A stretch of DNA of 60,871 bases, filler included, from Vannella sp. (Eukaryota), in NCBI GenBank assembly GCA_023345925.1. It is 5 parts of 5 records of this genome, joined end to end, with 100 filler letters (N's around TTAATTAATTAA, not from the genome) between each part and the next. Parts side by side here need not be neighbours in the genome. Positions count along the whole stretch, not along the records: positions 50,054 to 60,871 come from JAJQQN010001356.1; 4 more parts are not named here. The stretch is one strand, 5' to 3'. Below, piece by piece: positions 54,467 through 60,871 of the stretch. The notes below the pieces were generated by a model, which did not search any database, was not told the DNA's origin, and was given only the letters and a program-made list of their open reading frames with translations. Both the position numbers and the translations under genes were made by a program. Position 1 is the first letter of the stretch. Every line of letters starts with the position of its first letter.

Positions 54467-56407
54467 TTAGTCTGAAAGGTCGATAACCTCAGCGGGGTTG
54501 GTAAGCAATGTGTCTGGCGAAACTCTCAGCCTCTTGGGCTGTGGGACTGACTGGGTTCCAGTAGCCTTTCTTTTGGATTTGGATTTGGATTTCTCTTGGG
54601 AGCTAGATAGCACAATTGAATAGCCAAAGCTAGCTGCCAGCATATCAGCTGACATGTTCGAGAACGCATTGCCAGAAACAATGTAGCTGAAAGTAGAATA
54701 AGCTGTGTTGTGAAACTTGAAGCAGATATGGCCATTCACTAAAAGCTCAACAATCAATTGCTCACACTGAAATAGATCCAATCCCTGCGGGGAAGAAGCA
54801 ATCTCATCCGGAATATTGTAACTCTTCCGAGCGAGCCCTTTCCAAAGCTGAGCCAGTTTCGGAAGAGTGACGCTCTTCTCTGCACGAGATAAGAAATTCA
54901 ACAGCGGTTGGAGTGACTGCACACAAGGCATCATCTCCTGCACTGGCAACTCTTGCGAACTGGAAGTGGAGCAGTTGTCACAGCAAATAGTCTGTGAGGA
55001 GTTGGCACTCTCTCCAAAGTATAAAAGGATCTGTGACTTCCGACATTCTGTCATTGCAGCAGCGAAGCGGGCCATCTCGAACAGTTTCTCGACTGCATTC
55101 GGTTGATAGTACAACAGAGAACTCAGCTTCCCTAGATCACTTGGCCTATATAAAGCGGCACAAATAGCATAATTCCCATCCCGCCCTGCCCTTCCACTCT
55201 CCTGATAATAGGACTCGAGCGATTTGGAGATGGTCTGGTGCAAGACAAATCGGACGTTGGCCTTGTTGATGCCCAGGCCAAACGCGATAGTAGCTACAAT
55301 AATGTGTACCCTTTCGTCTCGCCACTGAGCGTGAATCTGCTCACGTTGTGATGCTTCAAGAGAGGCATGGTAGGCTCTCGTTCGATAACCTTCAGCAGTC
55401 AGGAAGGTTGCCAGCTCCTCTGTCTCCTTTCTAGACAAGCAATAAACGATTCCTATCGGCTTTTCCGCAGGTTCTAACGTTGCTACTGTCTCTCTTATGA
55501 AGGATGCCACTTGGGAATTGACTCCAGCAGGCGTCGCAGCCTTTGCAATCACTCGATAGTGAAGATTCGGTCTATTCACCGATGAAGAGAAGGTCAGGCA
55601 GCTCTGAATGGACAGAATGTCCTCCACATCCTGCTGCACCTTTGGTGAAGCGGTCGCTGTTAGAGCTACCATTGGAGTGTTGGGGAAGAGAACCTTGCAG
55701 ACAGCAAGCTTCTTATAGTCAGGGCGGAAGTCGTGACCCCAAGTGGAGCAGCAATGCGCTTCATCGATCACAATAAGGTCCAAAGAGCCCACTTTGTAAC
55801 ACTCTTCGAGAGCAGCGAGCAGCTTCTTGGACTTGACAAGCTTCTCAGGTGATACAAAGACAAGTTTGACTCGTTCTGAAGGGGAGAGACTGCAAGGCTC
55901 TTGCGCAGGAGGAGTCTTAAGGGAGCGAAGAGTCTCGTTGTAAGACTCTGGCGTGGTATCGCCGTAGATCATCGCGCAGGAGATCCCAAGCTTAGTCAGC
56001 TCAAAGCATTGGTCTTGCATGAGAGAGATCAGCGGAGTAACGACCACAGCGAAGCCAGGACGGAGGAGGGCAGCGAGTTGGTAGCAAAGGCTCTTCCCTC
56101 CTCCTGTAGGCATGATCACGAAGCAGTCTCGAGCGGAAATGATACAGTTGATGATGTCGCGTTGATGGAAGCGAAAGCTGTCGAGATGAAAGACTTCCTT
56201 CAAGACTTCTTCCATCCTCCCCGACCAGGAGAACGAAGAGTGCTGTAGCAGCTCTGCCTTCCTCTCCTCCTTCTCTTCCTGCAACAACTGAGACTGCCGC
56301 TCATCCCTTTCTCTCACGAGAGCCGCTTCCTCCCGCTGTAGAGCCCTCAACTGGTCCCGCACCCGACCCAGCCTCCTCTCCACCTCCTTCAAAGCCTCCG
56401 CGGACAT
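54467..56407 (-). CDS. RECQL: ATP-dependent DNA helicase RecQ, RECQ1-like
   Basis: N-terminal coiled coil and FSWS, MPTGGGKSLCYQL, DEAHCCSTWGHDFRPDY, LTATA, ATIAFGLGINK, YYQESGRAGRDG, RQC zinc site (CR..CCDNC), FHNTAYST hairpin. Confidence 0.94.
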   Translation of the reverse strand: MSAEALKEVERRLGRVRDQLRALQREEAALVRERDERQSQLLQEEKEERKAELLQHSSFSWSGRMEEVLKEVFHLDSFRFHQRDIINCIISARDCFVIMPTGGGKSLCYQLAALLRPGFAVVVTPLISLMQDQCFELTKLGISCAMIYGDTTPESYNETLRSLKTPPAQEPCSLSPSERVKLVFVSPEKLVKSKKLLAALEECYKVGSLDLIVIDEAHCCSTWGHDFRPDYKKLAVCKVLFPNTPMVALTATASPKVQQDVEDILSIQSCLTFSSSVNRPNLHYRVIAKAATPAGVNSQVASFIRETVATLEPAEKPIGIVYCLSRKETEELATFLTAEGYRTRAYHASLEASQREQIHAQWRDERVHIIVATIAFGLGINKANVRFVLHQTISKSLESYYQESGRAGRDGNYAICAALYRPSDLGKLSSLLYYQPNAVEKLFEMARFAAAMTECRKSQILLYFGESANSSQTICCDNCSTSSSQELPVQEMMPCVQSLQPLLNFLSRAEKSVTLPKLAQLWKGLARKSYNIPDEIASSPQGLDLFQCEQLIVELLVNGHICFKFHNTAYSTFSYIVSGNAFSNMSADMLAASFGYSIVLSSSQEKSKSKSKRKATGTQSVPQPKRLRVSPDTLLTNPAEVIDLSD

Positions 56408-56446
56408 CAAAAAGTGAGTTTATTCATCGTTTGAAGTCATTCTGTG
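56408..56446. promoter_or_regulatory. 39-bp bidirectional intergenic with back-to-back TCA(C/T)T elements
   Basis: The minus strand reads CTCACTTTTTG-ATG (RecQ) and the plus strand reads GTCATTCTGTG-ATG (INTS8). Confidence 0.55.
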
Positions 56447-59404
56447 ATGGCTGGGTGGGGCTCAAATGCCTCTCTTCCGGTGATCGCCCCGGTGGACTAC
56501 TCCAAGGAGCCTGCTTGGTTTGACTACGCTCTTGATGAGGCCAGCTTTCATGCTCATGTAAGAGGCTGAGGGGACCTCCGTGGCGCTTCTGATGGGGGGA
56601 AAGGTGGCGAAGTTGAAGGCTGGGGAGGAAGTAAGTCCCGATATGAGGGATCTGCTTCGCTTGTTGGCAAAGCCAGTTCTTCCACAAGAGAAGAGTCAGC
56701 GATCTGTGAAGTTGAGGAGCCTATGCACTCGTGTGGTGCTGGATTTGGAGGTTTCATTGAACTTTCTCGAAGAGAAGTTGAAAGAGAAGCACCAACTTGT
56801 TGTTTTTGAGAGCTTACAAGAGTCTACACATCCGGTACTATCTCCAGTAGATTCTACGCTTGTTGGAGACTCATCCTGAGGGTAACAGAGCTCAAATATC
56901 CTCGTTCATCGCTGGAACCTTCGAAGAGCTTCCGCTGGGAAACCTGCGTGGGACAACAGGCCCATCTCTGAGAGCGTTAGGTACTTAGAAGAGTCATTGA
57001 AAGACTCAGAACATCCTTTGCCCGCGCCTGTCACCGCCCTTCTATCTTACGAACTGGGCGAGCATGCCTTTCATCAGGAGGACTTTGTTGAGGCTCGCCG
57101 TCATATGATTCAGGCAAAGACACTTCTTTCTCACGTCAGAGATCCTACTGAAGGGTGAGAACGCCCCAAAGGATGGAACTGAAGGCTTAACCAAATGATA
57201 GGATGATTGATCAGCACCGTTTAGACAGCTACTTGCTCTCTATCCCTGGAGGTGTAGACCTTATGGAGGAGGATACTTCTAGCTCCATCTCCCAAGTTAA
57301 CCGCATGGAAGCAGCCAAGCGCAAAGGAAATGGAGACGAAGTTGTCGCACTTCTTCTCCACAACATCACTGATCCCTTCCTGGCTGAACGCTCACTCCCC
57401 TTTTCTTACCGAACCAGTTTGGTTCCTCTCTTTGGCTCGCCATGGGCCGAACGCATCCACGTTTGCAACGAAATATTTGCCGTCCTTCATCAGAACAGCG
57501 ATAAGGTGCTCGGACTGGCTCCTTTGGACCTCTCTCATGGGGATTTGGATGTTTTCTTGTTCAAATCTCTCAACCAGATCATGAATGCAGCCTTCCCTGA
57601 TGAAATAGGAAAGAAAAAGATGAAGCAATCAAAGTACTATACTCACTTGCAGCGGTGGGTTCGGGCTCAGTGCTACAAGAATGAATCGTCTCTCTGCTGG
57701 GAACATTTCTTCGAGTTTGGTAAGCCTCTCCGCTCTTTCTGCTAGTTCTTATGCATCTTTCAGCCGGGGACTTTGCCCTGAAGTCAGATGAGAGCGCCCT
57801 CAGCTCCCTCAAGAAGCTGGAGGGCATTCAGCGCAACTCTAATGGATCTCTCAGCTTACAAAACGCAATGCTTCCTCTCAAACGTCCTTTCCGAGTGTTC
57901 CCTGAGAAAGCTTCCAAGGAAACGGTGCAAATGAGAGCATTCTTTTACTACCAACTTGTAGGCTCCAGCAGCGCATTCATGAATATCTCCTCATTCTTGC
58001 ACAGGAAAAATACTCTCTTGCTCAAGAGTTCTTCGAGAAATTGGAATCTCCTGAAGGAGCCTTTGGCGCATTGGCATGCCGTGTTCACTCAAAGAGGATC
58101 AGTGGAACCGAACTTGCACAAGGATTGATGGCCCTTCTGCAACAGGGAAAAGTCCTCCCCAAAGTTGCGTTCTTGGTACGTTAATGCGATTCTTGTCAAT
58201 CCCCTCATTTGTAAACCTAGGAGGCCTTCGCAGGCGCCCTTCTTTCTGAAGGCTTATTGATTGCGCTGAAAGAGATCTGTCAGGCTACCAGCGCTATTCG
58301 AATAGAATTGCTCGCTTCAGAGTCAAGCCAAGATCCATCGCTCACCTCTATTGGCTCCCTTTGTGACTTTTTAATGAGCTTCTGTTCCTTCCAACAATAC
58401 CAATCGATTCCCAGCACTCCGCAAGAGATTTGCAATTCTGCATTGAATGTGTTGGGCTTCATCTGGAAGCCTTTTTACAGCCAAGTCAGTTCCTCTCCCT
58501 CACAGCTTTGAGTCCAGTGACTCATTTTGGTTCCAGAAAATTGAGCTTGATTTCGAGAATGGGCTTTTACCTTGCATTACCAATCCCCTTGTGGTATCTG
58601 GACTCCTCGCTCCCATCCTAACCCTCCTTTTCGTCAACCAACAGAAAAAAATCGAACAGGAACAGGTCTCAATCGACTTGATGATGTCCGACAAGTACCC
58701 CCGATTCAAAGAGTACGAGATAGGCTTTCTAGCCTGCTGGAATCTCGTGGACCCCCGCTTTTCTTCTCAGCTCTCCGCAGAAGGCACTGCAATTCTGTCA
58801 AAAGCTTCTCACTCTTTGGCAAAGACTCTCCTCAGAATGGAGCCTGATAACTGCTCGCATCTTCTCCTTTATGGGGATATTCTCTTCCAGGATGAACAAT
58901 ACCGTCAGGCTTTGTGTTCTTACCTGAAAGCGGGAGCGTTACAAACTTCTTTCTTTTGTGACCCATCTCCCCATTCCTTTGCCTACTCTCAGTGCGCTCT
59001 CAATAGAATGATAACATGCCTTTTCAAGATACAAGGTTTGTAGCGTAATCAAGTAGCACATTTCTCACACCCGCGCAGCCACAGCACAAGCCATCGTCAT
59101 GAGTCAAATGGTACCCATGGATTGCCTTCCAATCTATCGGGCCGTGCAGCTAAATCCACACACTCTGAACACAAAGTACTTTCAGTACATATGGAAGGTC
59201 CCTCTGTTGGAATTGATGACTTCCGTTTACGTCAAAAAGAAGGACGAGAAGACCACAGAGCTTCTCCTTCAGCTTCTTCGGAAACCCGAAATCAACGAGA
59301 ATAACCCACCCCATATTCAATCTACGACAACAGCAAGGCTTGGGGCCTCATTCTTGAAGGAACTAGTTCGCGATCTCTTCGGAGACAGGTTCAGGCAAAT
59401 TTAG
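56447..59404 (+). CDS. INTS8: Integrator complex subunit 8 homolog (multi-exon)
   Basis: N-terminal WFDYALDEASFHAHV (human WFEFLLEESLLEKHL) and RWNL. C-terminal YGDILF..YRQALCSYLKAG, RMITC, YFQYIWKVPLLE, PEINENNP..FLKEL. Confidence 0.8.
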
Positions 59405-59539
59405 ATCATTCCCTGAAAATGTTGAAATTTTTGGCGATCCTAATTACTTGAGTTGGTCCCCGCCTCCATCATCCCCAAGAATGTGCAATTTAATTTAAAA
59501 TAAACAGTGTGAAGGAGGGATTATATTTAAGGGTGGAAA

Positions 59540-59577
59540 GGCGCGAAATGTCGTTACGCGTTTAGGGAGCAGCCAAT
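59540..59577 (+). promoter_or_regulatory. Cluster of E2F-like, MCB-like and CCAAT motifs
   Basis: GGCGCGAAA (reverse complement TTTCGCGCC) at 59540, ACGCGT at 59556, AGCCAATCA at 59571. Confidence 0.5.
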
Positions 59578-59855
59578 CAAAACATTGAGTAAGTTTGAGA
59601 ACCTCGGTTGAAGAAAGTCATTGTTCCTTCCTCCAAGTAGCGACAAGCTAAGTCAAGAAGCCACCCCTTTCGAAGCCTTACCTTGCCTTCCTGACAAAGT
59701 AAGGGATCCCTCCTCTTCTCTCCTCTTCCTCTTTGTTGTCTCTTCCTAACTTTGCAGAAGCTCCGTGCCTTGTAAAGTTGCGCGCACTTTGTCTTCAGAA
59801 AGATCCTTCTTCTCTTTATCTCTCCTTCATTACAACCTTACCGAGTCAACCCCCA

Positions 59856-60871
59856 ATGCCTACCGAGGAACAGAGAAAGTCGACCATACCCCGTCTTACG
59901 TTCCGCGACGAGCACGAAGATGAAACCATGGACTTATCCGACGAAGGCCTTGGTTCTGCGGAAGATGATGGGCTCTCCAGTGGCTACGACACCGACAAAC
60001 TCGACTCCGACAGTGACAACGAGAACGAAGATCTCCAACGCAGTTCCCTTCTCGCCCCACGTGGTATGGGACTCTTTGCTTCTCAAGATGCAGTGTTTGT
60101 TGGGTCTTCACCACGCGTACGCCGCTTCCCCATGAAGTCTCCGCGGGATCGCGCCGCGGGACGTACTCGCTTCCGCCATACTTCTTCTGAGAGACTTGGC
60201 AATCGCTTCACAGTGAACCAAACCCCTCCTACCACATCCCTAGAAACACTCTGCACCCCAGCGTCCACCTCAAGCCACTACTTGGGACTAACTCGATCTC
60301 GATCGGTGCAGAGCTCGATGGCTTCCCTTACACTTAACTCTCCAGTTCCCTCGCCTCGCCTTGACAAGGAGCAAACCTCATCGCCCTTCCGAGGTCGCGC
60401 AACTGCCGGTCGACGCCTGTTCTCCCGCCAAACAGAGACAACCATTCCTGTTGAGGGAGTGGAAATGAGCCATTCTGTCCGTCCTCCTCGTTCTACTCTG
60501 GCATCTTCAGATGGAGCCATGCGCTCAGTGGCGCTCCAAAACCTTTCTCGTTCAATGGTGAACATGCCAACACCTTCCCTCCCCACTCCAACTCTGATTG
60601 TTCATCACGCTTCCAGCTTCCCTGAGATGCCTGTCCCCTGCGTTCTAGAGGACGAGAATGGGAAGGAGAATGCAATCAACCTCACCGCCTCCGTTCCCAC
60701 TCCCGTTCCCCGAGGCCGTCGTGCTTTGAGTCAATCCTTCTGCTCTGGCGTTCGTCGAACTGTATCAGATGTGTCTCCCAAAGGACACCAAAGCTACCTT
60801 GGTCTTCCTCCTCACGTCTACAACAATGCGGGAACCACCGTTCAGGACTACGACATGCACAACCTCTCCTA
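59856..60871 (+). CDS. N-terminal part of a Ser/Pro-rich putative cell-cycle regulator (Cdc25/Wee1-like regulatory region); runs off the window
   Basis: Frame open from MPTEEQRK to the window end (absent from the ORF track because it has no stop). It has many SP/TP sites, RRLF, a KEN box and SSGYDT. A probable 5'UTR intron lies at 59699-59757. Confidence 0.55.
   Translation, partial: MPTEEQRKSTIPRLTFRDEHEDETMDLSDEGLGSAEDDGLSSGYDTDKLDSDSDNENEDLQRSSLLAPRGMGLFASQDAVFVGSSPRVRRFPMKSPRDRAAGRTRFRHTSSERLGNRFTVNQTPPTTSLETLCTPASTSSHYLGLTRSRSVQSSMASLTLNSPVPSPRLDKEQTSSPFRGRATAGRRLFSRQTETTIPVEGVEMSHSVRPPRSTLASSDGAMRSVALQNLSRSMVNMPTPSLPTPTLIVHHASSFPEMPVPCVLEDENGKENAINLTASVPTPVPRGRRALSQSFCSGVRRTVSDVSPKGHQSYLGLPPHVYNNAGTTVQDYDMHNLS

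Noticed and set aside
1355..59404. Fragmented ORFs suggesting stop-codon reassignment, frameshifting or selenocysteine
   Set aside because: The breaks I examined in conserved genes are resolved by short GT-AG introns, and TAA, TAG and TGA all terminate genes.

Overview
Gene-dense eukaryotic (protist) nuclear DNA using the standard genetic code, with very short (about 40-60 nt) GT-AG introns. It is made of five contigs joined by artificial N-TTAATTAATTAA-N spacers, so synteny across the spacers is meaningless. Gene content and the expanded intronless RCC1 and Ras families suggest an amoeba-like lineage (inference only). About 35 genes are recognisable, including a START protein, WDR59, cytosolic aconitase, a tandem inositol-dehydrogenase-like protein, a GPR107/TMEM87-like protein, MAPEG, myosin, nocturnin, PIG-A, sedolisin, SLC35F, a 2OG oxygenase, an MGRN1-like RING protein, three Ras-like genes, MAD2-like, RECQ1 and INTS8. 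The most notable observations are: (1) two paralogues of an unrecognised W-x-W-N-Q...K-x-W-x-F...W-C-E-K-G domain with a NAC-like motif order; (2) a cluster of Ras-like genes whose switch I and G3 motifs are each destroyed differently, interleaved with RCC1 genes; (3) a ubiquitin-like domain ending in GG fused to a Cys-rich CAAX peptide; (4) a myosin with a TerD plus C2 tail; (5) 3' splice sites apparently set by distance from the branch point, with AAG/GAG acceptors and proximal CAGs skipped; and (6) 20-76 bp bidirectional promoters with TCA(T/C)T elements. All intron models were built by hand and all family calls come from motif recognition, not database searches.
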